DNA of 64,000 nucleotides, taken from the sequence record NC_054910.1. The stretch is one strand, 5' to 3'. Within the stretch, counting starts at the first letter, position 1; each line of letters begins with the position of its first letter. This document shows positions 27,048 to 36,403 of the stretch, one piece after another. The notes below the pieces were generated by a model. The model saw only the letters and a program-made list of their open reading frames with translations. It was not told the origin of the DNA and did not search any database. Both the position numbers and the translations under genes were made by a program. The DNA is from Escherichia phage EcNP1.

Positions 27048-27673
27048 TACAATAGCTCAAAGAATTCTTTGAGTCCTCTTATTACATGAGCGTGAGATTT
27101 TCCACACTCTGGACACTTAATTGGAACAGCCAAATAAACAGTAGGCTTTAAAAGCATATCTTTTATAGCTACAATATCTGACTCTGTGATGATAGAATAT
27201 AAATCTTCCAACTCTTTTTCATTCAAGTCTTCAATTGGAATGCTTTCACCGTTAGCATGAATTGTTTCTATACATGATACTATCATGTGGGCTATATTTT
27301 TATCATCAAAAATTTTAGGGTAATGGAACTTAATTTTAATGTCACCCAGTGTATACCAGAGGTCTTCTGGTGCATCTATTTGTGTATGTAATAGATTTAT
27401 ATGGGTTGGTATTTCAGTTCCACAGATGCACTTCCAGGAGTTTTCGTGATTAACTTCTCCAAGAGAATGCGCCCATAAATGAATCAGCAGTAGTTCTGAT
27501 TCTTGGCGGTTTAAATCTTTTGCATTTGTACAGTCTTTGATTAGCTTTTTAACGATCTCTTCTACTGAACCGTTCTTTTTAGCAGTAATAAGTTCTAGAT
27601 ATTCTTTAAGAGTAAATGCGCGACAGTTGATTATTTTAGAACCAACTCTCACATCAAATTTGTATTCATACAT
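27047..27673 (-). CDS. 26: Baseplate hub protein gp26
   Basis: 208 aa, same length as T4 gp26; SD AAGGAG and a minus-strand TATAAATA core upstream. Confidence 0.9.
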   Translation of the reverse strand: MYEYKFDVRVGSKIINCRAFTLKEYLELITAKKNGSVEEIVKKLIKDCTNAKDLNRQESELLLIHLWAHSLGEVNHENSWKCICGTEIPTHINLLHTQIDAPEDLWYTLGDIKIKFHYPKIFDDKNIAHMIVSCIETIHANGESIPIEDLNEKELEDLYSIITESDIVAIKDMLLKPTVYLAVPIKCPECGKSHAHVIRGLKEFFELL

Positions 27674-27694
27674 ATTTAGCTCCTTTATTTATCA

Positions 27695-27702
27695 TATTTA
27701 TA
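27695..27702 (-). promoter_or_regulatory. Late promoter core TATAAATA (gene 26)
   Basis: Reverse-complement TATAAATA within palindrome TATTTATAAATA, 22 nt upstream of gene 26 ATG. Confidence 0.6.
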
Positions 27703-27706
27703 AATA
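27699..27706 (+). promoter_or_regulatory. Late promoter core TATAAATA (gene 51)
   Basis: Exact TATAAATA 18 nt upstream of gene 51 ATG; overlaps the minus-strand core by 4 bp. Confidence 0.6.
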
Positions 27707-27723
27707 GAATAAAAGGAGCATCT

Positions 27724-28473
27724 ATGGCAAACATTATTCGTTGTAAATTACCAGATGGTGTTCATCGTTTTAAACCATTTACGGTAGAAGATTATCGAGA
27801 TTTTTTGTTAGTTCGAAACGATATAGAACATCGGTCACCACAAGAACAAAAAGAAATAATTGCTGATTTAATTGCTGATTATTTTGGAGACTATCCGAAG
27901 ACTTGGCAACCATTTATATTTTTGCAGGTATTTGTAGGGTCAATAGGTAAAACTAAAGTACCGGTCACATTTGTATGTCCAAAATGTAAAAAAGAAAAGA
28001 CAGTTCCATTTGAAATATATCAAAAAGAATTAAAGGAACCTGTTTTTGATGTAGCTAATGTTAAAATTAAATTAAAGTTTCCTTCTGAGTTTTATGAAAA
28101 TAAAGCAAAGATGATTACTGAAAATATTCATTCTGTTCAAGTAGATGAAACATGGTATAATTGGAAGGAAATTAGTGAATCGAGTCAAATAGAACTTGTT
28201 GATGCAATCGAGATAGAAACATTAGAAAAAATTCTCGATGCAATGAATCCTATTAATTTAACATTGCATATGTCCTGCTGTGATAAGTATGTAAAAAAAT
28301 ACACTGATATAGTAGATGTGTTTAAGCTATTAGTTAACCCAGATGAAATATTTACTTTTTATCAAATTAATCACACACTCGTAAAAAGTAATTATAGCTT
28401 AAATTCAATAATGAAAATGATTCCTGCCGAGCGCGGATTCGTATTAAAACTGATTGAGAAGGATAAACAATAA
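27724..28473 (+). CDS. 51: Baseplate hub assembly catalyst gp51
   Basis: 249 aa, same length as T4 gp51; SD AAGGAG; divergent from gene 26. Confidence 0.92.
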   Translation: MANIIRCKLPDGVHRFKPFTVEDYRDFLLVRNDIEHRSPQEQKEIIADLIADYFGDYPKTWQPFIFLQVFVGSIGKTKVPVTFVCPKCKKEKTVPFEIYQKELKEPVFDVANVKIKLKFPSEFYENKAKMITENIHSVQVDETWYNWKEISESSQIELVDAIEIETLEKILDAMNPINLTLHMSCCDKYVKKYTDIVDVFKLLVNPDEIFTFYQINHTLVKSNYSLNSIMKMIPAERGFVLKLIEKDKQ

Positions 28474-29648
28474 TGAGTATGTTGCAACGCCCTGGATATC
28501 CAAATCTCAGCGTTAAATTATTTGAGAGCTATGACGCTTGGAGTAATAATAGATTTGTTGAATTAGCTGCTACTATTACCACATTAACTATGCGGGATTC
28601 TCTTTATGGCCGAAATGAAGGAATGCTGCAGTTTTATGATTCTAAAAATATCCATACAAAAATGGATGGAAATGAAATAATTCAGATTTCTGTAGCTAAT
28701 GCAAACGATATTAATAATGTTAAAACAAGAATTTATGGATGTAAGCATTTTTCCGTGTCAGTAGATTCAAAGGGTGATAACATCATTGCTATTGAATTGG
28801 GAACTATTCATTCTATAGAAAATCTTAAATTTGGCAGACCGTTTTTCCCTGATGCAGGTGAATCTATAAAGGAAATGCTTGGCGTCATTTATCAAGATCG
28901 CACATTATTAACTCCAGCAATAAATGCTATAAATGCTTATGTTCCTGATATTCCATGGACTAGTACATTTGAAAACTATTTGTCATATGTCAGAGAAGTT
29001 GCTCTAGCTGTAGGAAGTGACAAATTTGTATTTGTGTGGCAAGACATCATGGGAGTTAACATGATGGACTATGATATGATGATAAATCAAGAACCATATC
29101 CAATGATTGTCGGTGAGCCATCTTTAATAGGTCAATTCATCCAAGAATTAAAATATCCATTAGCATATGATTTCGTTTGGTTGACTAAATCGAATCCTCA
29201 CAAACGTGACCCAATGAAAAACGCTACTATCTATGCGCATTCATTTTTAGATTCTTCATTGCCAATGATTACTACAGGAAAGGGCGAAAACTCTATTGTA
29301 GTGTCAAGGTCAGGTGCTTATTCTGAAATGACTTATAGGAATGGATATGAAGAAGCTATTCGTCTTCAAACTATGGCGCAATACGATGGCTATGCTAAAT
29401 GTTCTACTGTCGGTAATTTTAACTTAACCCCTGGCGTTAAAATTATTTTTAATGATAGTAAAAACCAATTTAAAACAGAATTTTACGTTGATGAAGTCAT
29501 CCATGAATTATCCAATAATAATTCAGTAACTCATCTATATATGTTCACTAATGCAACAAAACTGGAAACAATAGACCCAGTTAAGGTTAAAAATGAATTT
29601 AAATCTGATACTACCACTGAAGAAAGTAGTTCTTCCAATAAGCAATAA
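28473..29648 (+). CDS. 27: Baseplate hub protein gp27
   Basis: 391 aa, same length as T4 gp27; ATG overlaps gp51 stop. Confidence 0.95.
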   Translation: MSMLQRPGYPNLSVKLFESYDAWSNNRFVELAATITTLTMRDSLYGRNEGMLQFYDSKNIHTKMDGNEIIQISVANANDINNVKTRIYGCKHFSVSVDSKGDNIIAIELGTIHSIENLKFGRPFFPDAGESIKEMLGVIYQDRTLLTPAINAINAYVPDIPWTSTFENYLSYVREVALAVGSDKFVFVWQDIMGVNMMDYDMMINQEPYPMIVGEPSLIGQFIQELKYPLAYDFVWLTKSNPHKRDPMKNATIYAHSFLDSSLPMITTGKGENSIVVSRSGAYSEMTYRNGYEEAIRLQTMAQYDGYAKCSTVGNFNLTPGVKIIFNDSKNQFKTEFYVDEVIHELSNNNSVTHLYMFTNATKLETIDPVKVKNEFKSDTTTEESSSSNKQ

Positions 29649-30126
29649 AGAAGTTTCTATTCCTAAAATGGGTCTTAAACATTATAACATTTTAAAAGAT
29701 GTTAAAGGTCCTGATGAAAATTTAAAACTTCTTATTGATTCTATTTGTCCGAATTTATCACCGGCAGAAGTTGATTTCGTTTCTATTCATTTATTGGAAT
29801 TTAATGGAAAGATTAAATCTCGTAAAGAAATAGATGGTTATACTTATGACATTAATGATGTTTATGTATGCCAAAGATTGGAATTTCAATACCAAGGAAA
29901 TACATTTTATTTTAGACCTCCTGGAAAATTTGAACAATTTTTAACTGTGAGCGATATGTTATCCAAATGCTTGCTTAAGGTCAATGATGAAGTTAAAGAA
30001 ATTAATTTTCTTGAGATGCCAGCATTCGTTTTAAAATGGGCAAATGATATTTTTACAACTTTAGCAATTCCTGGCCCTAATGGTCCAATAACCGGAATTG
30101 GCAATATTATTGGATTATTTGAATGA
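29593..30126 (+). CDS. 28: Baseplate hub distal subunit gp28
   Basis: 177 aa, same length as T4 gp28; 56-nt out-of-frame overlap with the end of gene 27. Confidence 0.9.
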   Translation: MNLNLILPLKKVVLPISNKEVSIPKMGLKHYNILKDVKGPDENLKLLIDSICPNLSPAEVDFVSIHLLEFNGKIKSRKEIDGYTYDINDVYVCQRLEFQYQGNTFYFRPPGKFEQFLTVSDMLSKCLLKVNDEVKEINFLEMPAFVLKWANDIFTTLAIPGPNGPITGIGNIIGLFE

Positions 30127-31895
30127 AAAAGCCACAAGAAATGCAAACGATGCGTAGAAAAGTTATTTCAGATAATAAACCAACACAGGAAGCGGCTAAA
30201 TCCGCTTCTAACACTTTATCTGGACTTAACGATATATCTACGAAATTGGATGATGCTCAAGCTGCTTCTGAATTAATTGCTCAAACTGTCGAAGAAAAAT
30301 CGAATGAAATAATTGGAGCAATTGACAATGTAGAAAGTGCAGTGAGTGATACTACTGCTGGTTCTGAGTTAATTGCTGAAACTGTTGAAATTGGCAACAA
30401 TATTAATAAAGAAATCGGTGAATCACTCGGGAGCAAATTAGATAAATTAACCAGTTTACTCGAGCAAAAAATCCAGACAGCCGGAATTCAACAAACAGGA
30501 ACTAGTTTAGCTACGGTTGAAAGCGCTATTCCTGTTAAAGTTGTTGAGGACGATACAGCTGAATCTGTGGGTCCTTTATTACCAGCTCCTGAAGCAGTTA
30601 ATAATGATCCTGATGCTGATTTTTTCCCTACCCCTCAGCCAGTTGAACCTAAACAAGAATCGCCAGAAGAAAAACAGAAAAAAGACGCATTTAACTTAAA
30701 ATTATCTCAAGCTTTAGATAAATTAACGAAGACTGTTGATTTTGGATTTAAGAAATCCATTTCAATTACTGATAAAATATCAAGCATGCTATTTAAGTAT
30801 ACCGTCAGTGCTGCTATTGAAGCTGCTAAAATGACTGCAATGATATTGGCTGTTGTTGTTGGAATAGACCTGTTGATGGTTCATTTCAAATATTGGTCAG
30901 ATAAATTTTCACAGGCTTGGGATTTGTTTAGCACTGATTTTAAAACTTTTTCAAGCGAAACCGGAACTTGGGGTCCTTTATTACAGAGCATCTTTGAATC
31001 TATTGATGAAATTAAAAAGTTCTGGGAAGCTGGAGACTGGGGTGGATTGACAGTAGCTATTGTGGAAGGACTTGGAAGTGTTCTTTATAATTTAGGAGAA
31101 CTTATTCAACTTGGAATGGCTAAATTATCAGCAGCAATTCTTCGAGTTATTCCTGGTATGAAAGATACTGCTGATGAAGTAGAAGGAAGAGCATTAGAAA
31201 ATTTCCAAAATTCTACTGGAGCATCTCTCAATAAAGAAGACCAAGAAAAAGTAGCAAATTATCAAGATAAACGAATGAATGACGATCTTGGTCCAATAGC
31301 AAAAGGATTAGATAAAATTGCTAATTGGAAAACCCGTGCATCTAACTGGATTCGTGGTGTTGATAATAAAGAAGCATTGACAACTGATGAAGAACGTGCA
31401 GCAGAAGAAGAAAAATTAAAGCAACTTTCACCTGAAGAAAGAAAAAATGCTTTAATGAAGGCTAATGAAGCGCGCGCCGCGATGATTCGCTTTGAAAAAT
31501 ATGCTGATTCAGCTGATATGAGTAAAGACTCAACAGTTAAATCAGTTGAAGCTGCCTATGAAGACCTCAAAAAACGGATGGATGACCCAGATTTAAATAA
31601 TTCACCGGCAGTTAAAAAAGAACTTGCTGCTAGATTTTCTAAAATTGATGCTACTTATCAAGAGCTCAAGAAAAATCAGCCTAACGCCAAGCCTGAAACT
31701 TCTGCTAAATCGCCAGAAGCAAAACAAGTCCAGGTTATTGAAAAGAACAAAGCACAGCAAGCTCCTATTCAACAAGCATCTCCTTCGATCAATAATACTA
31801 ATAATGTTATTAAGAAAAATACTGTCGTTCATAATATGACACCTGTTACGAGTACAACTGCTCCCGGTGTATTTGACGCGACAGGAGTTAATTAA
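30123..31895 (+). CDS. 29: Baseplate hub subunit / tail length determinator gp29
   Basis: 590 aa, same length as T4 gp29; ATGA overlap with gene 28. Confidence 0.95.
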   Translation: MKKPQEMQTMRRKVISDNKPTQEAAKSASNTLSGLNDISTKLDDAQAASELIAQTVEEKSNEIIGAIDNVESAVSDTTAGSELIAETVEIGNNINKEIGESLGSKLDKLTSLLEQKIQTAGIQQTGTSLATVESAIPVKVVEDDTAESVGPLLPAPEAVNNDPDADFFPTPQPVEPKQESPEEKQKKDAFNLKLSQALDKLTKTVDFGFKKSISITDKISSMLFKYTVSAAIEAAKMTAMILAVVVGIDLLMVHFKYWSDKFSQAWDLFSTDFKTFSSETGTWGPLLQSIFESIDEIKKFWEAGDWGGLTVAIVEGLGSVLYNLGELIQLGMAKLSAAILRVIPGMKDTADEVEGRALENFQNSTGASLNKEDQEKVANYQDKRMNDDLGPIAKGLDKIANWKTRASNWIRGVDNKEALTTDEERAAEEEKLKQLSPEERKNALMKANEARAAMIRFEKYADSADMSKDSTVKSVEAAYEDLKKRMDDPDLNNSPAVKKELAARFSKIDATYQELKKNQPNAKPETSAKSPEAKQVQVIEKNKAQQAPIQQASPSINNTNNVIKKNTVVHNMTPVTSTTAPGVFDATGVN

Positions 31896-31903
31896 GGAAT
31901 AAT

Positions 31904-32998
31904 ATGGCAATTGTTAAAGAAATAACTGCTGATTTAATTAAAAAGTCCGGTGAGAAAATTTCAGCCGGACAGAGTACTAAATCAGAAGTAGCAACTAAAA
32001 CATACACTGCCCAGTTTCCAACTGGGCGTGCTAGTGGTAATGACACTACAGGGGACTTCCAGGTAACAGATCTATATAAGAATGGATTATTATTTACTGC
32101 ATACAATATGTCATCTAGGGATTCTGGAAGTCTTAGATCGATGAGATCTAACTACTCTTCTTCATCTTCGAGTATTTTACGCACAGCCAGAAACACTATC
32201 AGTAATACAGTATCAAAACTGTCAAATGGATTAATATCAGATAATAATTCAGGAACAATAAGTAAAGCCCCTGTTGCAAATATTCTTTTACCAAGATCTA
32301 AATCTGACGTTGATACGTCATCACATAGATTTAATGATGTTCAAGAAAGTCTTATCAGCAGAGGCGGAGGTACTGCTACTGGTGTGCTAAGTAATATTGC
32401 TTCAACTGCAGTCTTTGGAGCACTGGAAAGTATAACACAAGGTATAATGGCTGATAATAATGAACAGATTTATACGACAGCCAGAAGTATGTATGGTGGT
32501 GCTGAGAATAGAACTAAAGTGTTTACATGGGATTTGACTCCACGTTCCACAGAAGATTTAATGGCTATTATTAATATCTATCAATATTTTAACTATTTTT
32601 CTTATGGTGAAACGGGTAAATCTCAATATGCTGCTGAAATAAAGGGGTATTTAGATGATTGGTATCGTTCTACGTTAATTGAACCTTTATCTCCGGAAGA
32701 CGCAGCTAAAAATAAAACACTATTTGAGAAAATGACATCGAGTTTAACTAACGTTCTAGTAGTTTCAAACCCGACAATTTGGATGGTGAAAAACTTTGGT
32801 GCAACATCTAAGTTTGATGGAAAAACTGAAATATTTGGTCCATGCCAAATACAGAGTATCAGATTTGATAAAACACCTAATGGTAACTTTAACGGATTAG
32901 CTATTGCTCCAAACCTCCCTAGTACATTTACTCTTGAGATTACTATGAGAGAAATTATCACGTTAAACCGTGCTTCTTTATATGCGGGGACTTTTTAA
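31904..32998 (+). CDS. 48: Baseplate-tail tube junction protein gp48
   Basis: 364 aa, same length as T4 gp48. Confidence 0.93.
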   Translation: MAIVKEITADLIKKSGEKISAGQSTKSEVATKTYTAQFPTGRASGNDTTGDFQVTDLYKNGLLFTAYNMSSRDSGSLRSMRSNYSSSSSSILRTARNTISNTVSKLSNGLISDNNSGTISKAPVANILLPRSKSDVDTSSHRFNDVQESLISRGGGTATGVLSNIASTAVFGALESITQGIMADNNEQIYTTARSMYGGAENRTKVFTWDLTPRSTEDLMAIINIYQYFNYFSYGETGKSQYAAEIKGYLDDWYRSTLIEPLSPEDAAKNKTLFEKMTSSLTNVLVVSNPTIWMVKNFGATSKFDGKTEIFGPCQIQSIRFDKTPNGNFNGLAIAPNLPSTFTLEITMREIITLNRASLYAGTF

Positions 32999-33963
32999 TG
33001 TATTCTTTAGAGGAATTTAATAATCAAGCAATAAACGCAGATTTCCAACGTAATAATATGTTTAGCTGCGTTTTTGCGACAACTCCATCAACTAAAAGCT
33101 CTTCGTTGATAAGTTCAATTAGCAACTTTTCTTATAATAACTTGGGTCTAAATTCAGATTGGTTAGGATTGACTCAAGGCGATATTAATCAGGGAATTAC
33201 CACGCTAATTACTGCTGGCACACAAAAACTGATAAGAAAATCAGGAGTTAGTAAATATCTTATTGGTGCCATGAGTCAACGTACAGTTCAAAGTTTATTG
33301 GGCTCATTTACAGTTGGTACATATTTAATTGACTTCTTTAACATGGCATATAACTCATCTGGATTGATGATATATTCTGTAAAAATGCCAGAGAATAGAT
33401 TATCCTATGAAACTGACTGGAACTATAATTCTCCTAATATTCGTATAACTGGGAGAGAATTAGACCCTTTGGTTATTTCATTTAGAATGGATTCAGAAGC
33501 ATGTAATTATCGCGCAATGCAAGACTGGGTTAATGCTGTTCAAGACCCAGTAACTGGACTGCGTGCTTTGCCGCAAGATGTCGAGGCAGATATTCAGGTT
33601 AATCTTCATGCTCGTAATGGATTACCTCATACTGCAGTGATGTTCACCGGATGCATTCCAGTGTCAGTGAGCGCTCCTGAGTTATCATATGATGGAGATA
33701 ACCAAATAACTACATTTGATGTTACTTTTGCGTATAGAGTCATGCAGGCTGGAGCGGTTGATAGACAAGCTGCGCTTGAGTGGCTTGAATCTGCTGCTAT
33801 AAATGGCATTCAAAGCGTTCTCGGAAATAGTGGAGGCGTTACTGGACTATCTAATTCGCTTTCACGACTTAGTAGATTAGGAGGAACTGCGGGAAGCATT
33901 TCAAACATTAATACTATGACGGGAATTGTCAATTCGCAAAGTAAAATATTAGGAGCAATATAA
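32998..33963 (+). CDS. 54: Baseplate tail tube initiator gp54
   Basis: 321 aa (T4 320); ATG overlaps gp48 stop; strong terminator hairpin after the stop. Confidence 0.93.
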   Translation: MYSLEEFNNQAINADFQRNNMFSCVFATTPSTKSSSLISSISNFSYNNLGLNSDWLGLTQGDINQGITTLITAGTQKLIRKSGVSKYLIGAMSQRTVQSLLGSFTVGTYLIDFFNMAYNSSGLMIYSVKMPENRLSYETDWNYNSPNIRITGRELDPLVISFRMDSEACNYRAMQDWVNAVQDPVTGLRALPQDVEADIQVNLHARNGLPHTAVMFTGCIPVSVSAPELSYDGDNQITTFDVTFAYRVMQAGAVDRQAALEWLESAAINGIQSVLGNSGGVTGLSNSLSRLSRLGGTAGSISNINTMTGIVNSQSKILGAI

Positions 33964-33967
33964 CAAT

Positions 33968-33996
33968 GGGGACCTTTCGGTCCCCATATTTTTATT
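33968..33996 (+). terminator. Intrinsic terminator after gene 54
   Basis: Hairpin GGGGACC-TTTC-GGTCCCC then ATATTTTTATTT. Confidence 0.8.
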
Positions 33997-34282
33997 TACG
34001 GAATGAAATAAAAGCAGCAACTGAAGCAACTAAACTGTCTTCAATATAAACTTCAATTTTTACCGGAGCTTCTGACTCAAATTTACCTGTTACTACACCT
34101 TGGAAAATGCTTTCAGTCTGTTCTGGCTTTGAAAAATTTTCAGAAGGAAAAATTCCGAACTTTTTATCTGTTCCAAAAATTTTAATAAATTCATCGTAAA
34201 CTGCTTCATTAAAAGCGTTATCAGCAGGAATAACGCCTTCAACTACAAGTTCTTGACCTAAAAAGCGCAAAGAAGATTTCAT
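33992..34282 (-). CDS. alt.-3: Hypothetical protein (T4 alt.-3 position)
   Basis: 96-aa ORF immediately downstream of the alt genes on the minus strand. Confidence 0.65.
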   Translation of the reverse strand: MKSSLRFLGQELVVEGVIPADNAFNEAVYDEFIKIFGTDKKFGIFPSENFSKPEQTESIFQGVVTGKFESEAPVKIEVYIEDSLVASVAAFISFRK

Positions 34283-34342
34283 TTTATGTTCCTCATGTTA
34301 TGTCAGTAAGATTATTATAACACAACACGAGGGACTTGTAAA

Positions 34343-36400
34343 CTACATTTTGAACTTTTTAGACATTCCGTTGATATTAACCAAAGAAGCCAAGATTTGA
34401 GAAACTTCGTTTTCCTCTTCTTTTGATTCTTCTACAAGGAATTGGTTAAATCCAGTCATTGGACGAACTTCACCAGTTTCCATTAGATGGTCGCCATCAT
34501 ATACCGATTCTTCTAATTGTTCAGAAGGAGGAACGATTGTGCCTTCGATTAGATACTTGTTATAAGCAGTTTCTTTCATCATGTACGTACTCACTTTATT
34601 AATCTTCAGCAAAATTCCACGTGGTAAAATAACTTCAGCTTCTGATGGAAATCCTGATAAATGTCCTGGAACGATAACTTTGATTCGCTCAGCTCCTTTA
34701 ATTACCATACCCACGCTAGTTTCAGCATCTTCATTGGCATACGCAGAATGACTACCCATATGCATTAAATCTTCAGCGTCAACAGAACCTTCTCCTTCAC
34801 CAGAAAATACTGCACCGGAATCATCTAGAGCCATATAGTTTTTACCATACTCACCGAAGATATTTGGTTTAAGTGATGTGGATACGAAGTTCTTGAAATA
34901 GAACATTTTATTTTCAATATTATGACGTAAAGTTTTAAAGGTAACTTCTTGGCCACGGTAAAGCGTAGTTCCTGGAGGAAGAACTGATCCTTTGGCAAAA
35001 GCAGAATCCATCGTCTCGATGTGTTTAATAGCTCGTTCCATATATTCTTCACGAGTAGAATCCGGTTTACCTAAAAGGAACGAGTTCATTTCAACATATG
35101 AATCTGCACAATAATCTTCAATTACATCAGACTCAGCCTGAGTTAATCCTTTTGGAGTTACTTCAGTACTTGCATATTCATACGCTTGAGAAGCAGACTC
35201 ATTAATCAATTTATAAACGCCATTCATGACAAATTGAATAATAGCTACCTTTTCATCTGGCGTGGCTTTAGAACCTTTAACTAAATCATTGACGATTTTC
35301 TTAATAACATCAAAGCTATTAGAAATATTAATGTCAGCAAGATCGCTTAAAATTTTATCAGTTTTATAATCAAAAAATTCTTTATTCTTTAAATATTCTT
35401 GAGAACCTTGATATGTTATATCGCTCTGTAATTTAATAGATGGATCACGTAAACGCGCATGGGCCAATGCAATATGATTTCGGAAGCTTTCTAGTTCATA
35501 ATCACTAGATTTAAAACGAGAAGCACTCCTCATACTACCGATAGCTCCTTTGCTGAAGTTTGAACCAACCTGAATAACGCCGGAGTTCATTGGTCCTTCT
35601 GCTTTATATACTGGAACTTTAGATTCAAACTCTTGATATTTCTTAGCAGCGAAGCTATCACCCTGAAGTGAAGCATCGACAGTAGAGTATTGAGCTTGTG
35701 CTGCTAATCGACGACTAATTTTAGTTTTCTGAATAACAGCTTGATCCGTGCGCTTATCATTTTCTAAGGCAATAGAAGCAGCAACAGCAACAGCTTTAGG
35801 AACAGCATTGCCTGTTTTAACATCTACATAAACATCACCAACCTTTGATTCAACCTTTGTGAATAACTCAGTTGAAATAGGAGGTACACCTGGAATGTCT
35901 TCTAAATTGGCATTTTTACGGTAAACCATAATATATGCATACTTTTTATCATAATCCCAGATTTCCTTTAAAAGAACATATCGACCTGCTCCTTTAGTAC
36001 GTACTAAACGGTCGGCAATAACTTGCATTTGACGAGCAGCTCCATTTGTTTTGCTCTTTAGTACGCGGAATAAGCATGCATCAATTTTATACTGTTTCAT
36101 TGTTTGAAGAGCAGTATCAAAAACCGCATTAATGACACCAATTGGATTTCCACCTAAGTTTTTAAGTTTAACTAATGATAGCTTTTCATTGACACCTATC
36201 ATTACGATATGCATCATTTTATCGCCTGGCTTAACGTTTTTATTTGTATCACCGCCAGAGGTGTATGTACAAAATCTAAATCCAGGAAGCACGCTTTCTT
36301 CACCTGCTTGAATAGCAAAAATTTGAGGTATTTTATGCTTCGGGTTTAAGTTAACAACCGGCGCCGAAGCGCCGTCAAATAATTCTGTAATAAGTTCCAT
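34343..36400 (-). CDS. Alt-family mono-ADP-ribosyltransferase paralog (full length)
   Basis: 685-aa ORF, SD AAGGA upstream, starts 3 nt after the alt stop. N-terminus MELITELFD and first ~230 aa similar to Alt; C-terminal region keeps TLYRGQ, FVSTSL and EAEVILPRG; central ~200 aa unrelated to Alt. Confidence 0.85.
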   Translation of the reverse strand: MELITELFDGASAPVVNLNPKHKIPQIFAIQAGEESVLPGFRFCTYTSGGDTNKNVKPGDKMMHIVMIGVNEKLSLVKLKNLGGNPIGVINAVFDTALQTMKQYKIDACLFRVLKSKTNGAARQMQVIADRLVRTKGAGRYVLLKEIWDYDKKYAYIMVYRKNANLEDIPGVPPISTELFTKVESKVGDVYVDVKTGNAVPKAVAVAASIALENDKRTDQAVIQKTKISRRLAAQAQYSTVDASLQGDSFAAKKYQEFESKVPVYKAEGPMNSGVIQVGSNFSKGAIGSMRSASRFKSSDYELESFRNHIALAHARLRDPSIKLQSDITYQGSQEYLKNKEFFDYKTDKILSDLADINISNSFDVIKKIVNDLVKGSKATPDEKVAIIQFVMNGVYKLINESASQAYEYASTEVTPKGLTQAESDVIEDYCADSYVEMNSFLLGKPDSTREEYMERAIKHIETMDSAFAKGSVLPPGTTLYRGQEVTFKTLRHNIENKMFYFKNFVSTSLKPNIFGEYGKNYMALDDSGAVFSGEGEGSVDAEDLMHMGSHSAYANEDAETSVGMVIKGAERIKVIVPGHLSGFPSEAEVILPRGILLKINKVSTYMMKETAYNKYLIEGTIVPPSEQLEESVYDGDHLMETGEVRPMTGFNQFLVEESKEEENEVSQILASLVNINGMSKKFKM

Positions 36401-36403
36401 GAT

